NCBI GenBank assembly: GCA_964016885.1
Contig: OZ024741.1
Span: 165,168,001 to 165,232,000, forward strand
Source: Eledone cirrhosa
Taxonomy: Eukaryota
DNA: 64,000 bases
Direction of reading: 5' to 3'
This document shows positions 39,746 through 54,309 of the stretch, piece after piece. Numbering within the stretch: the first letter of the stretch is position 1; every line of letters starts with the position of its first letter. The notes under the pieces are model-generated. The model did not search any database. It was not told where the DNA came from and saw only the letters and a program-made list of their open reading frames with translations. The translations under genes and the position numbers were made by a program.

Positions 39746-39935
39746 AAGGGCGGTACATTGGCAGTATCGGTAGAGCATCAGAAACCATGCTTTGCAGCAT
39801 AGAGTTATGACCCTTTACGTTTTGAGTCCAAATCTCACCGAGGTTAACTTTGCCGTTCATCCTTACAATAAAATAAAGTACCAGTAATGCACTGGGGAAT
39901 TTGCTGTCCTTGTGCCAAAAGTAGAAACAATTATT
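39746..39935 (+). mobile_element. SINE family A, full length
   Basis: ggcggtacattggcagtatcggtagagcatcag head through the gtagaaacaattatt tail. Confidence 0.88.
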
Positions 39936-40603
39936 ATAATTATTATTATCATCATCATCATCATCCTCACTAATCTGTGTATGTTTTGTGGGTGGGTGGA
40001 AGTCCTATGAAAATAGATTGGAAATTTGCTATTTTAAGGTTAAAAGACGTCAAGCAGCAAAGTACTCAATCAGTGCAGATAAAACAACAACAACAAAGAC
40101 AAAGTGAAACAGAGAAGGTGGGGGGGGGGGGGGGGAGTAGGTGATGGAAAGAAGGATAAGTAAGTCGAAAGAAATGATGTCATTTCTACCAAAGAGATCA
40201 TTCAATTCTGATTAATTGTCATTTCAGGTGGAGAAGGGGAGAGAGGAAGTTGAAAATACGAAATATAACACAGACACACACAGACACATACACATACACA
40301 CACACACATACACACACACAAACACAAACACACACACAGACACAAACACAAACACACACAGGCACAGACACAGGCACAAACACACAGACACACAAACACA
40401 CAGACAGACACAAACACACATTCAGAAAAAATTATTTTTTTCCATTTCTTCTTAGTCTCATGTCATCCTATCACACCCCACCACACCTGTCTACAATCAG
40501 GACATACTTTCTCCCCACCTTCTCTCCCTCCACCTAAAACTCATGACATCATACATGTCATCCGTCCCTCCACCTATTATCATTTACCTATGAAAAATGT
40601 AAA

Positions 40604-40922
40604 GGCCCGTCGCTTTGTGGTTAAGTTATTCAGCTCACAACCATAAGGTCATCAGTTTGATTAACAGGGGAGCGTTATGTCCTAGAGCAAGACACTTTAT
40701 TTCACATTGCTCCAGTCCACACAGGTGACAAAAATGTGTTGTACCTGTAATTCAAAGAACCAGTCTTGTCACATTCTGTGTCATACTGAATCTCCCTGAG
40801 AACTACGTTAAGGGTACACATGTCGGTGGAATGCTCAGCCACTTGCACATTAATTTCACGAGCAGGTTGTTCCATTGATTGGATTAATTGGGACACTCAT
40901 CATTGTAATCAACGGAGTGCCA
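40604..40922 (+). mobile_element. SINE with family B head and alternative tail
   Basis: Reverse-complement homologue of 33528-33855. Confidence 0.8.
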
Positions 40923-41621
40923 GTATGTATGTAATATATGACATACTTATCATCCTACACCTACCTCCTACCCTGTTGGTAGACGAAACCAAGATAATTA
41001 TTGTGGGTAAATATATAGAAGTGAGATTGAAGAAAATAAGTATTACATGTAAATATATACAATTTACTGTGGTGTTTGCAGTCACGTATTTCTGTTGCAG
41101 TGTTTTAGATTATCCAATATTAAGTTCATGTTTACTTTTGATGGATAAAACCTTTGTGATGGATTTAAGCACCCATTTTTTTTTTTTATTATTTTTCTTC
41201 CAGCTGACTAATCTACAGATGAAATATGAAGCCATTCCTGATCCGTCTTTTCCACTGTGGCTTCTAATGTTTATTGTTTTATTATTTTTTAATTCCTAAT
41301 TACTGTTATGTGAGTTTTAGAAGTATTCAGTAAATTGGATATCTATCTTATGCTAGTATTAATTATCATAATCATCGTATGTTTTCCCTGCTGGAAGGGA
41401 TTGGATGAGTCATCACAGACCAAGTCAGTACTTAATCAGAGCTAATGACATGAAAGACAGATCAGGGACCACATCTCACCCACTCACATATTTCTGCATT
41501 CTAGTATTGTAAGAGTGGTGACTTGGCAGAATCACTAGAGCATGAGTATTTAGTTATGAACCTTTATTTCCAGAGTCCAAATCTTACAGAGGTCAATTTT
41601 AACTTTCATTCTTCTGGGGTT

Positions 41622-41902
41622 GGAGGCGCATGGCCTAGTGGTAAAGGTGTTGGACTTACAATCATAATGTTGTGGCTTCGATTCCTGGGCTGCGTTGTGT
41701 GTTGTGTTATTGAGCAAACCACTTCATTTCACGTTGCTCCACTATACCCAGCTGAAAATGAGTATCAGCAATAGCTGGGGGTTTAAACCTGTGATGGAAT
41801 GGCATCCTGTCCAAGGGGAGTCTTGTACTCTCAGTCACTTCATGCCATGACAGTGGGTTAAACACTAGCCTAACAAGCCTTCTGGCTTAAGATAGACTTT
41901 AG
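41622..41902 (+). mobile_element. SINE (family B-like head, third tail type) nested in an old SINE A (about 41512-42000)
   Basis: ggaggcgcatggcctagtgg head; TSD attcttctggg at 41608-41618 and 41903-41913. Confidence 0.8.
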
Positions 41903-42445
41903 ATTCTTCTGGGAGTCAATATAATAAAGTACCAGTTATATACTAGTCTTGATTTAATCCCCTAACCCCTCTTCCATAACATCTTGCCTTAGAAACAATT
42001 ACTGCTGTAAATTTTAATTCTGAATTCTGAAATCACAAATATTAAAATTAGGGTTTTTGTTGATTGGGAAATAGTGAATTGCTTGACTAATTAGTTTCCC
42101 AATCAACTAACTTGTATTCTCTCATTAATTTTTCATTATCCACTCAGTAAGTGCAATTGTTAATTAATAGATAGGCTCAACAGCCATAATAAAATCTAAC
42201 ATCAACGACAAAAAAATGTATCAATTTAATAGAAAACAATAAGACAATTACAAGATATTTTCCATTTTTCTTTCCCATTCTTCAATTATTTTAAGCATTT
42301 CCTGCAATATTTGTGTGTTGTGTGTGTTTGTGTGTTGTGGGAATACACATATCTGCATGTGCACACACAAATGTGAATACATGTGTGTTTCAGGGAAATG
42401 AAGGTTAAATGGTGATGATGATAACGATATGTGTGTATGTACGTG

Positions 42446-42482
<37 letters not shown>

Positions 42483-42487
42483 ATGTG

Positions 42488-42519
<32 letters not shown>

Positions 42520-42644
42520 TGTATGTGTATATATATATATACATATATATGTATGTGCATGTATATATATGTATGTGTGTGCGTACGTGTGAGTGCATGT
42601 TTGTAGCTACCTATCTATCTATGTGTGTGAGTATAGATATATAG

Positions 42645-42682
<38 letters not shown>

Positions 42683-43059
42683 ATACACACAGATTTGTAT
42701 TTTTATTTATTTATTTATATTTCAACTAATTAAGTTGAAGGAATTACTGCACAGCCATTGAGTTATGTAGTTACATAAGAGAGAGGAGGGAAATTTCAAA
42801 TTATGGAGACTTATTTGTCATGTATAGTTGGTGGAATTTAGAATGAAATGGAATGGATCAATAAGGAATGCACTAAAAGACTCCATGTATTTCAATAATA
42901 ATGCTGGTGATTGATGACTGTTGTAGTTCAGCTAGTCTACCATTACTACTTGATCATTTCAAGGTTTCTTCCATATCATATTACCTCCATCTTATCAGGG
43001 TTCCATTTCCAAATTCTACATCATGATTGGTCTACTCCTCGCTCTGGTGGCTTTCACCA

Positions 43060-43885
43060 TATACATACATACACACATGCATACATATATGCACACTCAT
43101 AGACACATGCATGCATGCTCATAAACATACATAACACATGCATGCATACACATATACACACTGATAGACACATGCATGCTCATAGACACCCATATGCGCA
43201 CTCATGGACACATGCATGCATGCTCATAGACACACATACACCACACACATACAAGACACACATGCACACTCATAGACACATGCATCATGCTCACAAACTC
43301 ACATGTAACAGACACACATGCACACTCATGGACTCATGCAGGCATGCTCACAAACGCACACACATGCACACTCATGGACTCATGCAGGCATGCTCACAAA
43401 CGCACACACATGCACACTCATGGACTCATGCAGGCATGCTCACAAACACATACAACACACACATATATGCACATTCATAGAGCCATGCATGCTCACAAAC
43501 ACACATACAACACACACATGCACACTCATAGACACATGCATGTTCACAAACACACATACAAGACACACATGCACACTCATAGACACATGCATCATGCTCA
43601 CAAACTCACATGTAACAGACACACATGCACACTCATGGACTCATGCAGGCATGCTCATAAACACACATACAACACACAGACATGCCTGCCTGCTCTCTCA
43701 CACACACATATGCTCAACAAGCATGTACACTCAATCGCCCATGCATGCTCACAGAAACACACACACATGCACACCCATGGGCACATGCATGCTCACACAC
43801 ACATGCAACACAGACATACCTGCTCTCTCACACACATATGCTCAACATGCATGCACACTCAATCTCACACACAACACATGCATGT
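43060..43885. repeat. CA/CATG-rich degenerate minisatellite with about 46-bp and longer internal duplications
   Basis: catgcacactcatggactcatgcaggcatgctcacaaacgcacaca is repeated. Confidence 0.85.
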
Positions 43886-43989
43886 ACCTAGGCATTCATT
43901 GAGTGCAAGAAGGTGTCAATCTCCATGACTGGCATCGTAGCATCATTGACAATTGCTACAAGGGTAAAAGAAGTATGCTACAGAGAGAC

Positions 43990-44451
43990 AATTACTGAGG
44001 TGCCAAATTGTTAAATTAGGTTATGAAGGTTACAGAAAGAATGAATGCAAAGTTGATGAAGGATAGAATTAATCTTGATGAGATACAATTTGGTTTTATG
44101 CTAGGAAGAAACACTACTGATGCCATCATCTTAGTGACACAAATGGAGGAGACATACTTTATTAAGAATAAGCCACTAAACTTAGTATGTCTTGACTTGG
44201 AAAAGGCTTTTGATAGAATCCTATGGTCTATAATCTGGTGGGCACTCAAGAAGCTCGGTATAGATAAATGGTTTGTGAGAGCTGTACAAGCCATGAACAT
44301 GGGTGCAGTCAGCAAGGCAATAGTTAACAATGAATACAGTGATGAATTTAATGTGCCGGTAGGCATCCACCAAGGATCAGTTCTCAGTCCCGTCCTGTTG
44401 ATTATAGTCCTCCAGGTCGCAACAGAGGAATGCAAAACTGGTTGTCTGTGG
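43990..44451 (+). pseudogene. Decayed RTE reverse transcriptase fragment
   Basis: QFGFMLGRNTTDAI..DLEKAFDRI..GIHQGSVLSPVL, collinear with the RT at 61900-62330 and ending before YADD. Confidence 0.92.
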
Positions 44452-44553
44452 GGGAAGCTGCCATCTCCACCACCACTACCACTATCATTATCATCCTCAT
44501 CACCATTTAACACCCATTTATCCATGCTTGCAAGTCACCAATGACATCATATA

Positions 44554-44845
44554 TATCACCAACCACTTTACTGTGCGTAGTAGGTGTGCTATATCGTGGA
44601 ACCAATTCTAGTGAGGCTGTCAGCCAGTGATTCAACAGACGAGCCCTCACTACTTTATGGAGCAACCTGATGGGGGATAATATGGCAGGCATGTAATATT
44701 ATTTACATGCCTGCCATATTATCCCCCATCATGTTGCCCCATAAAGTAGTGAGGGCTCGTCTGTTGAATCACTGGCTGACAGCCTCACTAGAACTGGTTC
44801 CACGATATAGCACACCTACTACGCACAGTAAAGTGGTTGGTGATA
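44554..44845. repeat. Near-perfect palindrome, about 143-bp arms with a 6-nt loop
   Basis: 44554-44696 versus 44703-44845, with three mismatches by eye. Confidence 0.95.
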
Positions 44846-45140
44846 GGATGGGCATTCAGCTGAAGAAACCATGCAAAAACAAGGGTTACACAACAACCTC
44901 TCTAGTTTTGGTGACATGATAAAAAAGACTCAGTACACGCTGTAAAGAGATTGATGATAGGAAAATAACTCAACAATAGAAAAGTTACCAAACACAGTAG
45001 AGAGGATTCTTCAGTTGTGACACAATGACCCCCAAGTGCTGGTGCCATGATAAAATGCACAATGGACACTGCAGAATGTGGGAACACAAGTAAACAAGAG
45101 AAGGACACGGCCTATCTGAGAGAGCAATGGCTCTGATTAA

Positions 45141-45346
45141 CCCTTTAGCATTTACATCATTCTATAATTACTATTATATGTTCATGGTAAAGGCTTTATC
45201 TTACATAATTTTCTCACATAGTATTGAATCTACGAGATTTTAAGAACTATACCTTAACATAAGTATAAGCAGCTGGTTACAGTCTGCTTGAACATAAAGA
45301 GGTGAGAGAATTCTGGTCAGATATGGCAGGTTTAAATGGTAAAGGG
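45141..45346. mobile_element. piggyBac-like MITE (family of 8406-8851)
   Basis: TTAA|ccctttagcattta ... taaatggtaaaggg|TTAA. Confidence 0.85.
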
Positions 45347-45429
45347 TTAAGTACTGACTTGGTCTCTGATAACTCACACAACTAGCTTGGAAAAGGGGAT
45401 TTTAAATAATGATGTTGATGATAAATAAT

Positions 45430-45710
45430 AATAACAATAATGAAATTATGGTGTACAGTGATCAAGGTACACTACAGCTCATCAAAGGTGTATGTATAGT
45501 ACATAGAATAATGTACAAATGAATGAGTCATGATATACACACTGTTACATATGTGGCTGAATATCAGGTGTAGTGTTGGTGAATTTAGGGAAACATGGAA
45601 ATTTTGAAGGATGCAATCTCCTGACAGCTAACAACTGATGCAGGTAGTTTGTTCCATGCTTTAGCAACTCTGAGTTTGAAAAAAATGTTTCCAAAAGTAA
45701 TGGGAGCTGT
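45430..45710 (-). mobile_element. CR1-type LINE 3' end
   Basis: FFKLRVAKAWNKLPASVVSCQEIASFK matches the CR1 ORF2 C-terminal FFxxRVxxxWNxLP...FK motif, followed by the shared tail. Confidence 0.8.
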
Positions 45711-45949
45711 ACTGTTTTCTGATGATTTTGTAGACATACCCACAGGTGTTAGACACATGCAATAACAATGATGATAATAATTAGAGCATGGTGGAGTCAT
45801 TTAAACATTTAGGAACACATATAAACTACTAAAATGAAACACCAGACATGTTTATACATCAGTCATTAATCCAAAACTGTTATAGCTTTATTTATTACTA
45901 CTAGACTTCCTAACATTAACAAAGCAAATAAACTAATGGACTATTCCCC

Positions 45950-48900
45950 CAACATCACCACTATAACCACCATCAACATTACTGCCAACAACACCTCGAC
46001 TTTCACCTACACCAACACCACCACCACCATCATCATCAAACATTAGTGCCTTCGCCACCTCCACTTTCACCTACACCACTACCACCACCATCAACATTAT
46101 TGCTATCATCACCTACACCACCAACATTACTGCCATCACCACCACAACCATCAACATTACTGCCACCATGCACCACCACCTCTATTAATATTACTGCCAT
46201 CACCACCTCCACTTTCACCCACATCACCACCACCACCACAACCATCAACATTACTGCCATCACCACCACCACAACCACCAACATTACTGCCATCACCACC
46301 ACCACCACCACCACAACCACCAACATTACTGCCATCACCACCACCACTATCACCAGCAGCACCATCACTACAACCAGCACCAGCATCACCACCATCAACA
46401 GTACTGCTATCACCAGCACAACTACCACCACCACCATCACCACAACCACCAGTACAGCTATCACCAGCACCACCACTACCACCGTGACCAACACTACCAC
46501 CAGCACCACCATCATCAACACCACCATTAGTACCACCACCACCACCAACACCACCACTACCACCACCATCACCACCACTACCACCAGCACCACCACTACC
46601 ACCAGCACCATCACTACCACCAGCACCATCACTACCACCAGCACCACCACTACCACCACTACCACCAGCACCACCACTACCACCAGCACTAACACTACCA
46701 CCAACACCACCACTACCACCAGCACCAACACTACCACCAGCACCACCACTACCACCAACACCAACACTACCACCAGCACCAACACTACCACCAGCACCAC
46801 CACTACCACCAACACCACCACTACCACCAGCACCAACACTACCACCAGCACCACCACTACCACCGGCACCACCACTACCACCAGCACCACCACTACCACC
46901 AGCACCACCACTACCACCAGCACCAACACCAGCACCACCACTACCACCACTACCACCAGCACCACCACTACCACCAGCACCATCACTACCACCAGCACCA
47001 CCACTACCACCAGCACCACCACTACCACCAGCACCAACACCACCACCAGCACCACCACTACCACCAGCACCACCACTACCACCAGCACCACCACTACCAC
47101 CAGCACCACCACTACCACCAGCACCAACACCACCACCAGCACCACCACCACCACTACCACCACCACTACCACCACCACCACCACTACCACCAGCACCAAC
47201 ACCAGCACCACCACTACCACCACTACCACCAGCACCACCACTACCACCAGCACCAACACCACCACCAGCACCATCACTACCACCAGCACCACCACTACCA
47301 CCAGCACCACCACTACCACCAGCACCAACACCACCACCAGCACCACCACTACCACCAGCACCACCACTACCACCAGCACCACCACTACCACCAGCACCAC
47401 CACTACCACCAGCACCAACACCACCACCAGCACCACCACTACCACCAGCACCACCACTACCACCAGCACCACCACTACCACCAGCACCATCACCACCACC
47501 AGCACCACCACTACCACCAACACCACCACTACCACCAGCACCAACACCACCACCAGCACCAACACCACCACTACCACCACCACTACCACCAGCACCACCA
47601 CTACCACCAGCACCAACACCACCACCAGCACCACCACTACCACCAGCACCACCACCACCACCAGCACTACCACCAGCACCATCACTACCACCAGCACCAC
47701 CACTACCACCAGCACCACCACTACCACCAGCACCACCACCACCACCACCACTACCACCAACACCACCACTACCACCAGCACCATCACTACCACCAGCACC
47801 ACCACTACCACCACTACCACCAGCACCACCACTACCACCAGCACCACCACCATCACCAGCACCACCACCACCACCACCAGCACCACCACTACCACCACTA
47901 CCACCAGCACCACCACCAGCACCACCACCAGCACCACCACTACCACCAGCACCACCACTACCACCAGCACCACCACTACCACCAGCACCAACACTACCAC
48001 CAGCACCACTACCACCACTACCACCACTACCACCAGCACCACCACTACCACCAGCACCACCACCATCACCAGCACCACCACCAGCACCACCACTACCACC
48101 AGCACCACCACTACCACCAGCACCAACACCACCACTAGCACCACCACTACCACCAGCACCATCACTACCACCAGCACCATCACTACCACCAGCACCACCA
48201 CTACCACCAGCACCACCACTACCACCAGCACCATCACTACCACCAGCACCACCACTATCACCAGCACCACCACTACCACCAGCACCATCACTACCACCAG
48301 CACCAACACCACCACTAGCACCACCACTACCACCAGCACCACCACTACCACCAGCACCACCACCATCACCAGCACCACCACCAGCACCACCACTACCACC
48401 AGCACCACCACTACCACCAGCACCAACACCACCACTAGCACCACCACTACCACCAGCACCATCACTACCACCAGCACCATCACTACCACCAGCACCACCA
48501 CTACCACCAGCACCACCACTACCACCAGCACCATCACTACCACCAGCACCACCACTATCACCAGCACCACCACTACCACCAGCACCATCACTACCACCAG
48601 CACCAACACCACCACTAGCACCACCACTACCACCAGCACCATCACTACCACCAGCACCACCACTACCACCAGCACCACCACTACCACCAGCACCAACACC
48701 ACCACTAGCACCACCACTACCACCAGCACCATCACTACCACCAGCACCATCACTACCACCAGCACCACCACTACCACCAGCACCACCACTACCACCAGCA
48801 CCATCACTACCACCAGCACCACCACTACCACCAGCACCACCACTACCACCAGCACCATCACTACCACCAGCACCACCACTACCACCAGCACCACCACTAC

Positions 48901-51900
48901 CACCAGCACCACCACTACCACCAGCACCATCACTACCACCAGCACCACCACTACCACCAGCACCATCACTACCACCAGCACCACCACTACCACCAGCACC
49001 ACCACTGCCACCAGCACCACCACTACCACCAGCACCACCACTACCACCAGCACCATCACTACCACCAGCACCATCACTACCACCAGCACCACCACTACCA
49101 CCAGCACCACCATCATCAACATCTCAACTATCACCAGCACCACCACCAGCACCACCACTACCACCGGCACCACCACTACCACCGGCACCACCACTACCAC
49201 CAGCACCACCACCACCACCAGCACCACCACTAGCACCACCACTACCACCAGCACCACCACTACCACCAGCACCACCACTACCACCAGCACCAACACTACC
49301 ACCAGCACCACCATCATCAACATCTCAACTACCACCAGCACCACCACCAGCACCACCACTACCACCAGCACCACCACTACCACCAGCACCATCACTACCA
49401 CCAGCACCACCACTACCACCAGCACCACCACTACCACCAGCACCACCATCATCAACATCTCAACTATCACCAGCACCACCACCGGCACCAACACAACCAC
49501 CGGCACCATCACTACCACCAGCACCATCACCACTACCACCAGCACCACCACCAACACCACCACTACCACCGGCACCAACACTACCACCGGCACCACCACT
49601 AACACCAGCACCATCACTACCACCAGCACCATCACTACCACCAGCACCACCACTACCACCAGCACCACAACTACCACCAGCACCATCACTACCACCAGCA
49701 CCATCACCACCACCAGCACCACCACTACCACCAGCACCATCACTACCACCAGCACCACCACCACCACCAGCACCATCACTACCACCAGCACCAACACTAC
49801 CACCAGCACCACCACTACCACCAACACCACCACTACCACCAGCACCAACACTACCACCGGCACCACCACTACCACCAACACCACCACTACCACCAGCACC
49901 ATCACTACCACCAGCACCATCACCACCACCAGCACCACCACTACCACCAGCACCATCACTACCACCAGCACCACCACCACCACCGGCACCAACACTACCA
50001 CCAGCACCATCACTACCACCAGCACCATCACCACTACCACCAGCACCATCACTACCACCAGCACCACCACTACCACCAGCACCAACACTACCACCAGCAC
50101 CAACACCACCACTACCACCACCACTACCACCAGCACCATCACTACCACCAGCACCACCACTACCACCAACACCACCACCAGCACCATCACTACCACCAGC
50201 ACCACCACTACCACCAGCACCACCACTACCACCAGCACCACCACTACCACTACCACCAGCACCACCACTACCACCAGCACCATCACTACCACCAGCACCA
50301 TCACTACCACCAGCACCACCACTACCACCAGCACCAACACTACCACCAGCACCACCACTACCACCAACACCACCACTACCACCAGCACCAACACTACCAC
50401 CGGCACCACCAACACTACCACCAGCACCAACACTACCACCAGCACCATCACTACCACCAGCACCAACACTACCACCAGCACCACCACTACCACCAACACC
50501 ACCACTACCACCAGCACCAACACTACCACCGGCACCACCACCACTACCACCAGCACCATCACTACCACCACTACCACCAGCACCAACACTACCACCAGCA
50601 CCATCACTACCACCAGCACCACCACTACCACCACCGGCACCAACACTACCACCAGCACCACAACTACCACCAGCACCATCACTACCACCAGCACCATCAC
50701 CACCACCAGCACCACCACTACCACCAGCACCAACACTACCACCAGCACCACCACTACCACCAGCGCCAACACTACCACCAGCACCAACACTACCACCAGC
50801 ACCACCACTACCACCAGCACCAACACTACCACCAGCACCACCACTACCACCAGCGCCAACACTACCACCAGCACCACCACCACCACCAGCACTACCACCA
50901 GCACCATCACTACCACCAGCACCACCACTACCACCAGCACCATCACTACCACCACAACCAACACTACCACCAGCACCACCACTACCACCACAACCAACAC
51001 TACCACCAGCACCATCACTACCACCAGCACCATCACTACCACCAGCACCATCACTACCACCACAACCAACACTACCACCAGCACCATCACTACCACCAGC
51101 ACCATCACTACCACCAGCACCATCACTACCACTACCACCATCACTACCACCAGCACCAACACCACCACCAGCACCAACACCACCACTACCACCACCACTA
51201 CCACCAGCACCATCACTACCACCAGCACCATCACTACCACCAGCACCATCACTACCACCACAACCAACACTACCACCAGCACCACCACTACCACCACAAC
51301 CAACACTACCACCAGCACCATCACTACCACCAGCGCCAACACTACCACCAGCACCATCACTACCACCAGCACCATCACTACCACCAGCACCACCACTACC
51401 ACCAGCACCACCACTACCACCACAACCAACACTACCACCAGCACCACCACTACCACCAGCGCCAACACTACCACCAGCACCACCACTACCACCACAACCA
51501 ACACTACCACCAGCACCACCACTACCACCAGCACCACCACTACCACCACAACCAACACTACCACCAGCACCATCACTACCACCACTACCACCACAACCAA
51601 CACTACCACCAGCACCATCACTACCACCAGCACCACCACTACCACCACAACCAACACTACCACCAGCACCACCACTACCACCAGCACCACCACTACCACC
51701 ACAACCAACACTACCACCAGCACCACCACTACCACCAGCACTACCACCAGCACCACCACTACCACCAGCACCAACACTACCACCAGCACCATCACTACCA
51801 CCAGCACCACCACTACCACCACAACCAACACTACCACCAGCACCATCACTACCACCAGCACCACCACTACCACCACAACCAACACTACCACCAGCACCAT

Positions 51901-52601
51901 CACTACCACCAGCACCACCACTACCACCACAACCAACACTACCACCAGCACCACCACTACCACCAGCGCCAACACTACCACCAGCACCATCACTACCACC
52001 AGCACCAACACTACCACCAACACCAACACTACCACTACCACCAGCACCACCACTACCACCAGCACCAACACTACCACCGGCACCAACACTACCACCAGCA
52101 CCACCACTACCACCAGCACCACCACTACCACCACCACTACCACCAGCACCAACACTACCACCGGCACCAACACTACCACCAGCACCACCACTACCACCAG
52201 CACCACCATTAATACCACCACTACCACCACTACCACCGGCACCGACACTACCACCGGCACCAACACCACCGCCGCTATTAGTACCACCACTACCACCACC
52301 ACTACAACCGGCACCATCACTACCACCACTACCACCACCACCACCACCACCACCATTAATACCACCACTACCACCGGCACCATCACTACCACCACCACCA
52401 CCACCATTAATACCACCACTACCACCACTACCACCACCACCAACACCAACACTACCACCACTACCACCGGCACCACCACTACCACCAACACCAACACTAC
52501 CACTACTACCACCAGCACCACCATCATTAACACCACCACCACCATTAGTACCACCACCACCACCACCACTACCACCACCACCACCATTAGTACCACCACC
52601 A
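45950..52601. repeat. About 6.6-kb (ACC)n-derived minisatellite with an 18-bp core unit ACCACCAGCACCACCACT
   Basis: Read directly; includes an exact 300-bp higher-order duplication (48061-48340 versus 48361-48640). Confidence 0.97.
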
Positions 52602-52878
52602 GCTCTCCTTTTACATCCGTGTTGCATGCTGGGTAGTCCAGCTAGCCATGGTCTAAGACTAGACAGATGTTTGAGACCACATCTTGCTCATATGTTCCAT
52701 TAATAACGTCAGTTATTGGCCTGCTTCTGGGATTATCTGACATTCTATGACAGCTAAAGTTTGATAACAGAAATGAAAATGAAAGAAAGGAAAGATATTA
52801 TCTTAGAAGATGGCAGAATGTTCCATATTAGTGTCCATCAGGGAGCCTACCTGAAGAGATGTATTTATAGACATATGT

Positions 52879-52926
<48 letters not shown>

Positions 52927-52989
52927 GCATATACACACACAGATGTGTGTGTGTACACACAAATATATATATATATATACACACACACA

Positions 52990-53062
52990 CAGAGTGTCCT
53001 AAAAAAATGTATACATATTTATTAGAATGCTATTGAAGTGTGTATGCATTTTGGTGGACAGC

Positions 53063-53065
<3 letters not shown>
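52990..53065. mobile_element. Tiny Tc1/mariner-type MITE
   Basis: cagagtgtcctaaaaaaatgtataca ... tgtatgcattttggtggacagcctg|ta imperfect terminal inverted repeats. Confidence 0.6.
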
Positions 53066-53135
<70 letters not shown>

Positions 53136-53714
53136 TATACATACACACATCTATATATAACTGGTAGAGTAGGAACATTGTCCGCTCCATCATCACCATC
53201 AGCATGATTATAATTAGTATTACGATTATAGATAATTTTGTCTGACAGAAATATTAAAGTTATAAAAACAGGAAATGGTTTCTCAGAATCAAAATAAAAA
53301 CTTTGGTTCTTTGCATTTTACTTTTGTTTTTCTTTGCCTGTGCTTCTTTTACCTTTCCTTCCTTCCTGCCATCCTTCTAATTCATTGGAAGAGGAGGGAG
53401 ATATCAACATAGCCATCCCAACTAATTGAGTCCAACTAGACATTTCTACAGAACACTACAGAACATTCCTGTCTAGTTTGTATACATCACTTCATCAAAT
53501 GGAATGAAACAATCTTCCAAGAATATATCACATAAACAAAACTCTAAAGCAAATTACTTTAATAAGTTCGTTAATTAATGAGAAAGATATTCTTATTTCT
53601 TCTCATGCTATTTGTTTAAATAGACAATTTTTTTTATTAAATTACTCTCTCTCTCTCTCATATATACACACACACATATACACATGCATGCACACACAAG
53701 CACATATATCATAT

Positions 53715-53761
<47 letters not shown>

Positions 53762-54172
53762 AGAGAGAGAGAGTGGTGTGGGATAAATCTATATAAAAGA
53801 AAGATGTTTATTGGTTGGTTGAATCACACAAAAATGGCACGTGCGTACACACACACACAGACATATTTAAAGAGGGAGAAACACAGAGGGATAGGCAGAG
53901 AGAGATATGCCGTTTACATAGAGAGATATGCCGTTATACAGAGAGAGATACAATTAAAGTGTTAGATATTCAGAGAGAGAGAGTGACGTCCCACAAAAGT
54001 ATCAGTTGAAGGTTTAACAATATTGCATTAGCTTTTATAAAGTCGTGTTACAGTCTTTGATTTTACAGAACAAAGAAAAATTGATACTATTTGAAATTAA
54101 TCTACCCCCCAGCTTTTATCCATATACGACTTACAGACCGTACTAACGAAGCAACACTTCAGCAGCAATGTT

Positions 54173-54309
54173 ATGCGGTATATTGCTGTGTTTCAGATGA
54201 AGTCTTTGGAGGTGAAAAAGATCATACTGATTATGGTTATTTCACATTTAAAATCCAAGGCCAATGCTACCATTTAATTGGCAGTTTACTCCCCCAGCCT
54301 AATAAGGAA
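54173..54309 (+). pseudogene. Helitron Rep/helicase fragment
   Basis: FQM(K)S-FG ... FTFKIQGQCYHLIGSLLP matches the Helitron FQMTSFG...TFKIQGQVYHxIGSLLP motif; one frameshift. Confidence 0.8.

Noticed and set aside
41190-41299. Polypyrimidine plus CAG followed by a short open frame as a host exon
   Set aside because: No recognisable protein similarity or donor site; cannot be supported.
43115-43928. His/Cys/Met-rich ORFs as metal-binding proteins
   Set aside because: All frames are open because of the CA/CATG repeat composition.
46036-52627. Poly-Val 2187-aa and silk-like Gly/Ala/Ser 1055-aa minus-strand ORFs
   Set aside because: They are alternative frames of the (ACC)n-derived array, with no terminal domains.
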